From the IMG/VR virus record IMGVR_UViG_3300017585_000131, positions 6,289-70,288 of that record: 64,000 nucleotides of DNA. One strand, written 5' to 3'. The notes below the pieces were generated by a model. It had not been told where the DNA came from. It did not search any database and saw only the letters and a list, made by a program, of their open reading frames with translations. Of the stretch, positions 9,093 to 18,596 are shown one piece after another; positions within the stretch are counted from its first letter, which is position 1; each line of letters starts with the position of its first letter. The position numbers and the translations under genes are program-made. Origin of the DNA: a virus. Lineage: Duplodnaviria; Caudoviricetes.

Positions 9093-9163
9093 CTGTCAGA
9101 TAATAAACTACTACGCCGACGCATAATGCCGCGCCTATAATTTCAAGTAAGCAATACATAAGC

Positions 9164-9937
9164 CTATATTTTAAAATGGTCTCTTAGTTTCTCCCTTTTC
9201 TCCTCAGCTAATTCATTAATGATAGTACCGCCTTTCGAGCGCATCCTGCCCGTCAGTGTTCTTGTTATCTCACGAGTGGCAACCACGTCAGCGTCCGCAT
9301 CGTGTGCATCATCCATGTCTATGCCCAGACGTTCAGCCATTGCCTCCAGTTTCCATGTCTCTATGCTGGGGTCATCGTCGAATGTCAGCTGATTAAGGAT
9401 TATGGTGTCAAGCTGTGCTATTTGAAAGTTGCCCCAGAAATCCTTATTACCCCTTACGAGCTTGACGAACTTGCCCCAACGGTCAGTGTAGAGCATTATC
9501 TGTTGCATGAAGCCGCTATCGAACTGAGGGTTTTGCCCAATGAAGAAGGGCTTGTTACTCGCCACCACTTCAAATGTATTGTTTTCGATGAACTCACAGA
9601 TTTCATCACAAACATCTTCCAGTGGCTTGCCCATAGAGTAAAGCATATCCATTGTTATGCCTGACACCGCACTTGCTCGCTCTGAGTATTCCATAAGCTC
9701 CTGTTCCTCGGTGTCGTACTTGCTTTTCAACACTTTTCTCTTGGGCTGTCCTATGTCTGGCTTTTTGAAATATGGATAGATGTACGAGTTATATTTATCC
9801 ATTACTTCAAAAGTATCAAGTCTTACAGCGTGAAGCGAAATTTGCGTTGCCGCACACTTGGTGCAGTCCGTGCCGCCAGTCTCAAAATCATAGACTATTG
9901 CGGTAATTACATTCGATTTCTGTTTTGGAGCTGCCAT
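9164..9937 (-). CDS. DEDDh 3'-5' exonuclease (DnaQ/epsilon-like)
   Basis: IVYDFETGG, GQNPQFD and AHDADADV motifs. Confidence 0.88.
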   Translation of the reverse strand: MAAPKQKSNVITAIVYDFETGGTDCTKCAATQISLHAVRLDTFEVMDKYNSYIYPYFKKPDIGQPKRKVLKSKYDTEEQELMEYSERASAVSGITMDMLYSMGKPLEDVCDEICEFIENNTFEVVASNKPFFIGQNPQFDSGFMQQIMLYTDRWGKFVKLVRGNKDFWGNFQIAQLDTIILNQLTFDDDPSIETWKLEAMAERLGIDMDDAHDADADVVATREITRTLTGRMRSKGGTIINELAEEKREKLRDHFKI

Positions 9938-9939
9938 AA

Positions 9940-10839
9940 TTACTTGTTTTTCACCTCTTCATATATACGCTCTATATTATCAAATAGGTCTTTCTTCGTA
10001 CCGTTGTTTTCAATGACGTAATCGTAATCTTCGTCATTTAGTTGTCGTTTTTCATCCCTGCGCAAGCGAGTCTGATCGATCCCGCACCTTCTTCTCAATG
10101 CTTTTGTACGCTTGATGAGTACGGTATATATATCATACTGGTCGCCCCAGTCTGTTCTGAGGTTGGCTAATCCCTTTTCATCTATGACATAGACGGTGCA
10201 AGGACCGAACACCTGACTTTTCAATGCGTAGTAATAGTGCATCCCGTAATGGGTGTAGGCTATCATCTCGGTCCTGTCAGGCACTATGTCAATGAAATGG
10301 TGGTCACGCCCCTCAACTTCGGTTTCTCTGGGAGGTCTTGTGGTAAAAGAGCAAATCACGTTTGCGTTCTTGTGGTTCTGCAAGTGAAGCGATGCGAGCG
10401 TCTTACCACAGCCCGAACCGCCCACGATGCACAGTATCTTCAGCTTTTCCATATTATTTGTTGGGTTTAAGTATTCATTTATTCTTCGTTCCAATATCGT
10501 CAACATCAGCATTTTTAGTCTGGTGGGCGTTACCCTGCCACGCTGTCTTTTTGCGTTTGAGGATTCCTGAAGGTTTCTCTGTACCATGTTGACCTGCTGT
10601 TGTTGAGGGTCGCGCCAGTGATACCACGTTATAGGGTCGCCGTTTTCGTCAAAGAGATTGGGCATGATGAAATTCTCTATCGTATCGTGATAGATGTTCA
10701 GGTCATGCGCTTTCGCTATGGCGGAATTGATGCGATACCAAGCGTTATACCCAGTAGCGGCACTGTTTGTTCTGAACTTGCGTATCTGGGCTTGCACCTG
10801 CTCATCCAGTTCTTCCTTTATATCAACGAGGTAAGACAT
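9940..10839 (-). CDS. Guanylate kinase-like protein with a ~129-aa unrelated N-terminal extension
   Basis: GGSGCGKT P-loop and SFTTRPPRETEVEGRDHHF GK motif in the C-terminal 170 aa. Confidence 0.8.
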   Translation of the reverse strand: MSYLVDIKEELDEQVQAQIRKFRTNSAATGYNAWYRINSAIAKAHDLNIYHDTIENFIMPNLFDENGDPITWYHWRDPQQQQVNMVQRNLQESSNAKRQRGRVTPTRLKMLMLTILERRINEYLNPTNNMEKLKILCIVGGSGCGKTLASLHLQNHKNANVICSFTTRPPRETEVEGRDHHFIDIVPDRTEMIAYTHYGMHYYYALKSQVFGPCTVYVIDEKGLANLRTDWGDQYDIYTVLIKRTKALRRRCGIDQTRLRRDEKRQLNDEDYDYVIENNGTKKDLFDNIERIYEEVKNK

Positions 10840-10840
10840 A

Positions 10841-13021
10841 TCAGACTAATTTCAAATAATAGTTCTTTCCTATCTGGAGTGTGCTCTTTTCGTCATAATC
10901 ACTCCATTTCACGTTTACGGCAGCCACGACGATGCGACCTGCGGCATTTTTCAAGTCCTTTCTCAGTGTTACCCAATCATCCCATATAGTTAGTACATTA
11001 AGGTCAGTGTTCTGCATTAGTTCCAACTTGCCGAAATGCTTGTTCTCACCAGTCCTGCGGTCTTTATATGACTTATCTGTGACTGATGCGATGGTTGCGC
11101 ATATCGCACCTTTGCGCACCGAATAGAACCTATTATACAAATCCTTGAAATTAATGAATGGATAGCCTTGCGGTATGCCTGTCTTGTCCGTATTGTCATA
11201 AATCCTGCGATAATCCACAGCACCGAAGCCAGTGACGTTAATCTGCTGTTGACTCCAGAAATAATGCTTGTCTTGCATATTCTCTGGTACATCCTCGTCC
11301 GTCAGCTCGAAATCCAGCATTTTAGCCGCTTTCTGCATCAATCCATAGCGTTCAATTACAGAGCCGACGTGTTCGCATTGGTCGAAAGCACCTGCCAGAA
11401 TAAGGCTCTTTACACATCTTGCCGTGACTGGATGGCGCATCTTTGTGGTTTCCGTTCCGTCGTCGTTGAAATTCTTGTGCTTCACTTCCTCGTCGCCAAA
11501 CCTGTGTCTGAAGATGCGCTTTATGAAATCTTCAAGGTCATAGAACTCACCATACAGTTTTCTTTCCTGTATGATGCAATCCACGGCTCTCGGTCCTAAT
11601 TGCTTAATGCGTGTCAGTGACCAATATATCCTGTTGCCCTTGAAATCAGCCGTAAAATTCACGCCTGATATGTTGATGTTGGGTTGTTCGAGTTTCGTTC
11701 CCCCTACATCTCGTATCTCGTTCATCAGTACGGTCATTTTCTCTGGGTCTTGGTCTCGTAATACAACTGTATAAAAGGCTGTAGGATAATACGTTTTCAG
11801 CCATGCACCAACGTATGCCGTTAGACCATAAGCAGTTGCGTGGGATTTGTTAAATGAATACTTGGCCGCATCTTCGACATCGCTCCATATCTTGTCAGCG
11901 GCTTCTTTAGGGCAGCCATTAGCTTTCGCACCTGTGAAGAACTTGTCTTTGAACTTGCGTACCTTTTCCAGCTTTTTCTTACTGAGAGCTTTCACGAGGT
12001 TTACACCGTCGCCTAAAGACAAAGAGCCTACCTTTTGAGCCACTTGCGAGATTTGCTCTTGGTACAACATGATAGAGTATGTATCTTTCAGAATTTCGTA
12101 AGTACCCCAAAGATACTGAGGTTCGATCTCCCCACGCTTTGCAAGAACGTAACTTTCCGCCGCTCCAGAGTCCAATGGACCGGGGCGAAACAGTGCCACC
12201 AATGCTATTAAGTCGTTGATATTGTCAGGTTTCATGCGTTTCAGGAACTTGGTAATGCCTTCTCCGTTAATCTGAAACAGTCCTTGTGTGTTGCCTGCTT
12301 TTACGATTTCAAATACCTTCGGGTCATTCAGATATTTGGAAACTATTTCAAGAATGGTATAATCCTTGTCATATTCGCTTTTTATGAGTTTCAGCATATC
12401 TGAGAGTCGTGTAAGCTCTTTTATTCCGAGAACGTCATTTTTAAGAATACCGATTGTGTCTATTTCTGTTCCCGAAATTTCACTGACCAACAAATCGCCC
12501 ATTTTTCGGATAGGCAATAAATCAAAACACTCTACACGCTCACCTTTGACATATTCTGGAGTGATGATAAGAGCCGAAGCGTGAATACCTGCTGAACGTG
12601 CCTGACCCATTATAGGCAATATTTCCTCAAACACATCGGGGTATTTTTGAACAAAATCCCTAATGCGCTTGTCTGTTGCTGCCAGTTTCATAAAGTCAGT
12701 CCAACTCATATTGTCATCCAATATGGAGGTCAGATAGTTTACGGTCGCAACAGATACCTTGTGTATTCTTGCAACGTCTTTGATTACGGACTTTATTTTT
12801 TCCGTGGTGAACGTGCCTGCCGAGAATACACGCTGCAAGCCACGCTTGTTGTATCGACGTTCAAGGTATTGCTTGACTTCTTCACGCCTGTCTGCGTCAA
12901 AATCGTTATCCACATCAGGCAAAGAGCCGTGCGACATTTTTAAATATCCGCTGTCAACTTTGCTGTCCGCTACCAATTCGGCAGAATCAGTATGTTTATG
13001 TTTAACACTTAATATTTTCAT
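10841..13021 (-). CDS. dnaE: DNA polymerase III alpha (DnaE), C-terminal half only; no PHP domain
   Basis: SLPDVDNDF, GIHASALII, KNDVLG, GLFQING, ALFRPGP, LYQEQI and YSFNKSHATAYG motifs plus a C-terminal OB-like region. Confidence 0.92.
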   Translation of the reverse strand: MKILSVKHKHTDSAELVADSKVDSGYLKMSHGSLPDVDNDFDADRREEVKQYLERRYNKRGLQRVFSAGTFTTEKIKSVIKDVARIHKVSVATVNYLTSILDDNMSWTDFMKLAATDKRIRDFVQKYPDVFEEILPIMGQARSAGIHASALIITPEYVKGERVECFDLLPIRKMGDLLVSEISGTEIDTIGILKNDVLGIKELTRLSDMLKLIKSEYDKDYTILEIVSKYLNDPKVFEIVKAGNTQGLFQINGEGITKFLKRMKPDNINDLIALVALFRPGPLDSGAAESYVLAKRGEIEPQYLWGTYEILKDTYSIMLYQEQISQVAQKVGSLSLGDGVNLVKALSKKKLEKVRKFKDKFFTGAKANGCPKEAADKIWSDVEDAAKYSFNKSHATAYGLTAYVGAWLKTYYPTAFYTVVLRDQDPEKMTVLMNEIRDVGGTKLEQPNINISGVNFTADFKGNRIYWSLTRIKQLGPRAVDCIIQERKLYGEFYDLEDFIKRIFRHRFGDEEVKHKNFNDDGTETTKMRHPVTARCVKSLILAGAFDQCEHVGSVIERYGLMQKAAKMLDFELTDEDVPENMQDKHYFWSQQQINVTGFGAVDYRRIYDNTDKTGIPQGYPFINFKDLYNRFYSVRKGAICATIASVTDKSYKDRRTGENKHFGKLELMQNTDLNVLTIWDDWVTLRKDLKNAAGRIVVAAVNVKWSDYDEKSTLQIGKNYYLKLV

Positions 13022-13041
13022 GTTGTTTCTTTGTTGCGTGG

Positions 13042-13821
13042 CTAATTTCTACGTGCGCCCCTCGCTCTTCTCACTGCTTTACCCCAAGAATTTATTAACT
13101 TTTGGTAATCACTCTCGAATAGTTTGCAGGTCAGTTCATATAATTCTGGAATCATGTGTAATTCTCGCTCAATATAATCGAGGTAATTCTTGTGCTTGCA
13201 TTTTACATTGCTCATGCGCAAGCCTACGTTGATATGATATTTCTTGTCGAACTCTTGATAAAGCAAACGGTAAGCCGCCCCAAAGTCACCTGCGCCTGCC
13301 TTAGCCATTATCTGAGTTATGCGCTGTCTCATGTCCGCAAGTGGTATCTCCTCTGTCAGTCCTTCTATAACCTGCGTCTTGTAAGTGTTTTCGTCTGAGA
13401 GTTGTTTGTTCTCCAATTGCAGAGTCTCGTTTTTCTCGACTTCTGCGAGCAAGTGTTGTAATGCTTCTTTGTAGGTTTTGGGCATGGAAAATGAACCAGT
13501 CTTGCGAATAGAAGGTAAAACTTCAGTGAACACCCAATCTTGAAATTTCTCTGCATCTGGTTTTCGACTTTGAAAAATGCACTTATAAAGATTTGGCTCA
13601 TTTATAAAGTTGGTCATGGAATTACCGCCCTCATTATTATTTAGGGCGTGAGTATCAATTAGTTGCAGACCATTAGGATAGAGTCTTTGTCTTACTGCAC
13701 TTGGATTTGTTAATTCTAATGCCCTGCATATATCCACAAGGCAAAAATAAGGCTCACCGTTTACTTCTGTCACGCGAATTTCGCCGAAGTTATCGTTTCT
13801 GAAAATTTGTAGTTCGTTCAT
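13042..13821 (-). CDS. BRO-N domain antirepressor-like protein
   Basis: FRNDNFGEIRV..GEPYFCLVDIC..FINEPNLYKCIFQSRKPDAEKFQDWVFTEVLPSIRKTG. Confidence 0.9.
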   Translation of the reverse strand: MNELQIFRNDNFGEIRVTEVNGEPYFCLVDICRALELTNPSAVRQRLYPNGLQLIDTHALNNNEGGNSMTNFINEPNLYKCIFQSRKPDAEKFQDWVFTEVLPSIRKTGSFSMPKTYKEALQHLLAEVEKNETLQLENKQLSDENTYKTQVIEGLTEEIPLADMRQRITQIMAKAGAGDFGAAYRLLYQEFDKKYHINVGLRMSNVKCKHKNYLDYIERELHMIPELYELTCKLFESDYQKLINSWGKAVRRARGARRN

Positions 13822-13848
13822 AAATGTATATAGGTATTAATAAAATGC

Positions 13849-13968
13849 TTAGTTCTCAATGTCCTTATATTCTTCGTCCTCTGGGTCTGGTATGGCGTTG
13901 TGTACTTCTATACCAGTCCATATAATGCCACCCACAAGAACGACAAGAAAGATTAGAAATGCTATCAT
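13849..13968 (-). CDS. 39-aa membrane miniprotein with acidic tail
   Basis: MIAFLIFLVVLVGGIIWTG..PDPEDEEY; this start avoids overlap with RNase H. Confidence 0.55.
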   Translation of the reverse strand: MIAFLIFLVVLVGGIIWTGIEVHNAIPDPEDEEYKDIEN

Positions 13969-13987
13969 ACGATTTTGTCTTTTTGAG

Positions 13988-14383
13988 TTATTTCCTTTGA
14001 AAGTCAGCAGGGATTTCTCCCCACTGACGATTGTCCCACTTGACCACTTTGATTTCATCTACCCAATAAGCCATAGCACGGAGATAGACCTCGGCTTTCA
14101 TCAGCTTTGGGTTACGCTTGCCTGAAGCGGTGCGCTTGTCGGTAAACCATCTGATAGCCGTAACGCTGTCAGAGAATATTACTTTTGGCTGAAAGTCGTG
14201 GGCTATGATGTACTTGACCGCTTCCACTATCGCAAGGAACTCGCCTACGTTGACCGTCTGGTTGCCCAAGTCCTGATAGAAGATAACTTCCCCTGTGGCG
14301 AGGTCAACCCCACGGAACTCGGTTTTGCGGTTCTTAGTTGAGTGGGCTGCGTCAACCGCTATGCCTTCGTTCAGATTAATCAT
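13988..14383 (-). CDS. rnhA: Ribonuclease HI (B. halodurans/Bacteroidetes type)
   Basis: IAVDAA..EFRGVD, TVNVGEFLAIV, IFSDSVTA and KWD..WGEIPADF motifs. Confidence 0.9.
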   Translation of the reverse strand: MINLNEGIAVDAAHSTKNRKTEFRGVDLATGEVIFYQDLGNQTVNVGEFLAIVEAVKYIIAHDFQPKVIFSDSVTAIRWFTDKRTASGKRNPKLMKAEVYLRAMAYWVDEIKVVKWDNRQWGEIPADFQRK

Positions 14384-14397
14384 TGTGGTAATTTTAA

Positions 14398-14676
14398 TTA
14401 GTCGTTTTCAAGAAAGAATTTGCTCGCCTTGAAAGTTGGTACGTCTTTGGCAGGGATTACCATTTCAGTGCCTTTTGATATGTTACGGGCTTTCTTTTCC
14501 GCACGGTGTTTCATCTGGAATGTGCCGAAATTGCGTAATACCACTTGCTCGCCGTTAGCCACGTTCTGTTTTATGGCGTTGATTGACTTCTCGATCACTT
14601 CGTCAACGAGTTTTGCGCTGAGACTGGCTTCTTTTGCCACGATTTTCACTAATTCTGCTTTAGTCATTTTTTTCAT
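14398..14676 (-). CDS. HU/IHF family DNA-binding protein
   Basis: MTKAELV..LRNFGTF..RAEKKARNI..IPAKDVPTFKAS. Confidence 0.92.
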   Translation of the reverse strand: MKKMTKAELVKIVAKEASLSAKLVDEVIEKSINAIKQNVANGEQVVLRNFGTFQMKHRAEKKARNISKGTEMVIPAKDVPTFKASKFFLEND

Positions 14677-15401
14677 TGATTTTTGATTGAGCTGCTGTCA
14701 TCACCTGTGATAAAATCAGGAAACTTGTATTTATGCCGTTCCTTTTCCAACAAGGAAAAGTACGCTTTCGCATAATCAACCATTTTTGTCTGCTTCGCAT
14801 CCAGCATATCCAGCGTCACGAATGTGTTGGCTTGGAGCAGTTTTTTCGTCTTATCCCACTGTATCAGTGCCACGCCATCGTTTACTGGGGCGAATATGTG
14901 CATCTTGTCACGGAATACCGACTTGGTTTCAATCCACGTAGTGCCGAGATTCCTTTTAATATAAATAGGTAAAATGTCCTCTATAGATTTCGCCGCCATC
15001 AGCTGATTGCGTGTTCGCCAGTCACACACTTTAGAAAAGCGTTCCTTATAACGCTTGAAAAAATGCGGTGTGAACTTTACGGCTTGCTTGCTGTCAGTGT
15101 AAAACGCCACAGCCGACAAGCCCTTGAACGTGTGCATCAGACCTATGTGGAATGACGACCATTCCCAACGCCTTGACTGCCCAATGCCAGACTGGGTGTA
15201 GATGATGATACCTATATAGTGATTTTTACGTGACGATACAAAATGCTTGGAAACCACCACTTTGGATTTCTTTCGGTTTTTCCACAAGTGGTTAGTTATG
15301 TAGTCTGACCTGTCATAGCGCATTGTTTGGGCTTGTATGTCTGGCAGGTCCATGTTATATTCATAGAGCAGTTCATCGCTCGACATATTATCGACAAACA
15401 T
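14673..15401 (-). CDS. Hypothetical protein
   Basis: Packed ORF. Confidence 0.75.
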   Translation of the reverse strand: MFVDNMSSDELLYEYNMDLPDIQAQTMRYDRSDYITNHLWKNRKKSKVVVSKHFVSSRKNHYIGIIIYTQSGIGQSRRWEWSSFHIGLMHTFKGLSAVAFYTDSKQAVKFTPHFFKRYKERFSKVCDWRTRNQLMAAKSIEDILPIYIKRNLGTTWIETKSVFRDKMHIFAPVNDGVALIQWDKTKKLLQANTFVTLDMLDAKQTKMVDYAKAYFSLLEKERHKYKFPDFITGDDSSSIKNQ

Positions 15402-15895
15402 CAGCCACGGGTTTTATTCTGGTTATAAAGGTTGCGTATTATGCAGGCGGAGTCTATGAAATCCTCAGCCACTCGATGAGGATTAGCAAGGTCTTTACGA
15501 GAGCGTAACTTTTCGGCAATGACTGAGATGTCGCGCTTGCGCTTCTCCTTGCTGGCAGGGTCATAGACGATTTGCTTGTTACCGAATGTGACACGGACAA
15601 TAAAATTGTTTTTTTGCGAAATCGTATCTACATTCGCCTTGAAGCGCACCATAGAAGCTGACACCGCAATAAAACCACCCTCGCATTTCATAGGAATAAG
15701 CGAGCAATGGTAAAGCGCGTTAGGGATGATGTCATCAGTTAGAGAATCATCCACGAACACTATCTTTTTCTTGTACTCGTCAGTCTCACGGCAACCACGC
15801 CAAGAGCCATTGATTTTAGTTACGAAACCATAAAGGCGAGACTCGTTGCCTTCCAGCCCTTTGTTGAACTTGATGTTTGTCTTTATTCGTTGCAT
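15401..15895 (-). CDS. Hypothetical protein
   Basis: Packed ORF. Confidence 0.75.
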   Translation of the reverse strand: MQRIKTNIKFNKGLEGNESRLYGFVTKINGSWRGCRETDEYKKKIVFVDDSLTDDIIPNALYHCSLIPMKCEGGFIAVSASMVRFKANVDTISQKNNFIVRVTFGNKQIVYDPASKEKRKRDISVIAEKLRSRKDLANPHRVAEDFIDSACIIRNLYNQNKTRG

Positions 15896-15924
15896 TTTTA
15901 CTGTTTTTTATTAGTTACGGGTAT

Positions 15925-15961
15925 GAAAAAGCCCCTACACTAAACTAATAGTGCAGAGGCT
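15925..15961 (-). terminator. Intrinsic terminator
   Basis: AGCCTCTGCACT/AGTGTAGGGGCT stem followed by a T-run on the minus strand. Confidence 0.7.
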
Positions 15962-15997
15962 TGTTTGATGTTTGAAAATAAAAGTTAAATATTCCGC

Positions 15998-16273
15998 TTA
16001 ATAGTCAATCAGGCGGTCGCGCTTCATTTGCTTTACTGAAGGGATGACGTGGTGGCACTCAGAATCAAGCTGCTGGATAAGTCTAAACGGTCTATCACTT
16101 GCGTATTCAAGAAACTCGTCCATGTAGCGGCTTGTCAGTGCGCCACCACGCATCTCGGTCACAAGATACTCATCAGTAAGTCTTTCGGGGTTATATACTT
16201 GGACTATCAGGATCTCGTTATCCCGAATCCTTAAATATCTCCATAGCTGTCGGATTTTTAAGTTCGTGTTCAT
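15998..16273 (-). CDS. Hypothetical protein
   Basis: Co-oriented ORF. Confidence 0.7.
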   Translation of the reverse strand: MNTNLKIRQLWRYLRIRDNEILIVQVYNPERLTDEYLVTEMRGGALTSRYMDEFLEYASDRPFRLIQQLDSECHHVIPSVKQMKRDRLIDY

Positions 16274-16293
16274 AATAAAGCTGCTTTAATCAA

Positions 16294-16698
16294 TTATAAT
16301 TCCAGACTGTCGGCGAAGCAATTGGAGCACAGCCCACCTGTCCTTGTGAATGTGGACTTGCTGATGCGCGCGCCACATCTTGAACAGAACAGGATAGACT
16401 CGTTCCTTCCGTGCAGTATCTTCTGTAGGCTTTGCTTGCTGATGTTGTACTCGTGGCGCAACGCCCTCTGCACTTCAGGGAAATTGTACTTCTTGTCTTG
16501 GTGTTCCAACCAATGCAGCCCACTTGTCAGCCGCTCATAGTCGGCACGGATAAGAAGGTTACGGATGTAAGTGGCATTAAGCAACCGTTGGGCATTAAGC
16601 CTTTCCAGCAATGACATCTCAATGCCGAACATCTCGCTCGCCTTCTCCAAGTCTTTCGGGCGCAAGGTGTACTGAACGGTGTCCGCAATACCAGCCAT
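16294..16698 (-). CDS. Hypothetical protein with C-terminal Cys4 zinc finger, possible regulator
   Basis: CSRC..CSNC motif. Confidence 0.7.
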   Translation of the reverse strand: MAGIADTVQYTLRPKDLEKASEMFGIEMSLLERLNAQRLLNATYIRNLLIRADYERLTSGLHWLEHQDKKYNFPEVQRALRHEYNISKQSLQKILHGRNESILFCSRCGARISKSTFTRTGGLCSNCFADSLEL

Positions 16699-16700
16699 GA

Positions 16701-16997
16701 CTATGCCTTTTGAAATGAAATGGTGAGTACTGGCTGATATTTATCGTCAGGCTGGATGTTGGCAAAATACTCGGCGAGGATGTTGAGCATTACACGGTTG
16801 CTATCCTCGTGCGACATCTTATCCCAGTCAAGCCCCATTTCATCGGAGATAGCCTTAGCCGTCTCGTAGAATGGGTTGTCGGTAGGCATTTCGTTGATGT
16901 CGTTGGGCGCATCGTCGCCAAACAGGAATTTGGAAAGTTGGAAATACTCAGCAATGGCTTTCTGCGATTGTTCGAGAGAATCTTTTTTAGTCGTCAT
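16701..16997 (-). CDS. Hypothetical protein
   Basis: Packed ORF. Confidence 0.7.
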   Translation of the reverse strand: MTTKKDSLEQSQKAIAEYFQLSKFLFGDDAPNDINEMPTDNPFYETAKAISDEMGLDWDKMSHEDSNRVMLNILAEYFANIQPDDKYQPVLTISFQKA

Positions 16998-17030
16998 AAT
17001 TACAAAAAATTTATTATGACACTGTTTTCA

Positions 17031-17483
17031 TCACTTCCAGACGAACTTCAACTCACAATGGATTACGGAACAAACGTCAAGCAGGGTCTTTATTGAGAGT
17101 GGGGTTACGTATTTCTTGCCTTTTCCCTTACCTTTGGACTGAAGCCGTTTCAGTTCTTCCTCGTCGAATGACTTTGGGGCTGTGTAATGCGAGCCGGTAT
17201 AGCGATAGACTAACTTGTAATCAATCTGGTATCGCTTCATTAGTGTATCAAGTGCCTTATGCACATCCAACACCGTATCTACCGGGATGTCATCGTCAGT
17301 AGCCCAGTCATTGAGTTTCATTTGCAACCCCAATCCTGCGCAATACGCAAGCAAGTTTGACACTGGATAGGAGCTGCGCCCCGATTCTATCGACTCAATG
17401 GCGTAGGCTGTCAGCCCATCGCCTTTGAATGGCTTTCCGTTGCGTAACGCTTTTAGTTGTTCTGCGAGTTGTTCCTTGTTCAT
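17031..17483 (-). CDS. Hypothetical protein, possible XRE-like HTH
   Basis: LKALR..IESIESGRSSYPVSNLLAYCAGLG pattern. Confidence 0.6.
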   Translation of the reverse strand: MNKEQLAEQLKALRNGKPFKGDGLTAYAIESIESGRSSYPVSNLLAYCAGLGLQMKLNDWATDDDIPVDTVLDVHKALDTLMKRYQIDYKLVYRYTGSHYTAPKSFDEEELKRLQSKGKGKGKKYVTPLSIKTLLDVCSVIHCELKFVWK

Positions 17484-17827
17484 CTGCTTATCACTTGGTT
17501 TATAGTGCGGACGGCGTTGGTCACGTCAGACCTTACCCCCTCATAGTCGAAGACGGATTGCTGTTCGCATACGTCTAACGCTATCTCCAAGTCGGCATTT
17601 GCGTCTGACAGGTCGGATATGTTATCTTCCATGTCAGTGGTGCCTGCCGACCACCTGAATGATTCGGGGCGGTTGTCGAGCGCATCCTGTTCGTCGTCCA
17701 TACACTGTTCCACGTTGCGTTGAGTTTCTTTGAGGATTTTCAACGCTTCCCCTTTGTCAATTGGGTCTCTCAGTCGTGCGAGACCGTCAAGCACTGAGTG
17801 CAAGACCATTCTTCGTTCTCTGTTCAT
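17480..17827 (-). CDS. Hypothetical acidic helical protein
   Basis: Co-oriented ORF downstream of a -7 element. Confidence 0.7.
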   Translation of the reverse strand: MNRERRMVLHSVLDGLARLRDPIDKGEALKILKETQRNVEQCMDDEQDALDNRPESFRWSAGTTDMEDNISDLSDANADLEIALDVCEQQSVFDYEGVRSDVTNAVRTINQVISR

Positions 17828-17867
17828 GCTGTGTGATTTAATGGATTGAACATTCTGAAAGACGCCG

Positions 17868-17875
17868 CAAAGTTA
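17868..17875 (-). promoter_or_regulatory. Bacteroidetes -7 element TAACTTTG
   Basis: Consensus match 40 bp upstream of the start at 17827. Confidence 0.6.
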
Positions 17876-17923
17876 CTAAAATTTTTGCGGTTTCTCTCAG
17901 GTTAAAATATTTTTGTGAAAATT

Positions 17924-18487
17924 TTATTCACGTTTGGTGGGTTCTGCCGTTATCAGTTTGCTGGCAAACGGCAATTTCTCTATCCATGCGCATATCTTGT
18001 GCCATTCTGGTAGCCTGTGGTGGCGACGCTGGAAATACATACGGCGCAAGGTCTGATAGGAAATCATAAGTATTCGAGTTTGTTCATGCCCCATAGGTAT
18101 CTCAGCTTTCGCCTTTTGTAAAGCCTCACCGCTCAATCCCTTGCACTCTATGTGCATTGTAGATGTTGATGATAGGCACTCAGCACCAATTCTGTAGGTC
18201 ACAAACTCGTTCCAAATGTAGATAGGAGCCGTGATTTCAACATAGGCCACCACGCCACGGAGTATCTTGCCGTGTTCATCGCCAGAACGCATCAGGCGTG
18301 AAGCAAGCTCTATGTCTGTGAATGGGATGATGTCGGCGTGACTGGCAATTAGTTCGTATCTGTCACCCAGTCTTTTTACTTCGTCCTCGTCATCTTCACG
18401 AACACTGACGGCAGGCTTGCCCATAGGCAGGTGTATGGCTTTCATTGCGGGGTATAAGCCACAGACTTCAATCATTTTTATTTGCAT
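17924..18487 (-). CDS. ThyX-like (FAD-dependent thymidylate synthase-related) phage protein
   Basis: HGKILRG..ITAPIYIWNEFVTYRIG..STSTMH..YQTLRRMYFQRRHHRLPEW. Confidence 0.6.
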   Translation of the reverse strand: MQIKMIEVCGLYPAMKAIHLPMGKPAVSVREDDEDEVKRLGDRYELIASHADIIPFTDIELASRLMRSGDEHGKILRGVVAYVEITAPIYIWNEFVTYRIGAECLSSTSTMHIECKGLSGEALQKAKAEIPMGHEQTRILMISYQTLRRMYFQRRHHRLPEWHKICAWIEKLPFASKLITAEPTKRE

Positions 18488-18596
18488 AATCGTTTTGTTT
18501 TATGTTACGCTGCTTTCATCAGTCAGAAAATAATAGAGGGATTAACGCTCTTTTGATTGAAAAAGAATGTTAATCCCTCAAATTATAAGGTTTCCG

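Noticed and set aside
11820-11870. Cyanobacterial-type split-intein site in DnaE
   Set aside because: AKYSFNKSHATAYG is continuous, so the split is at a different position.
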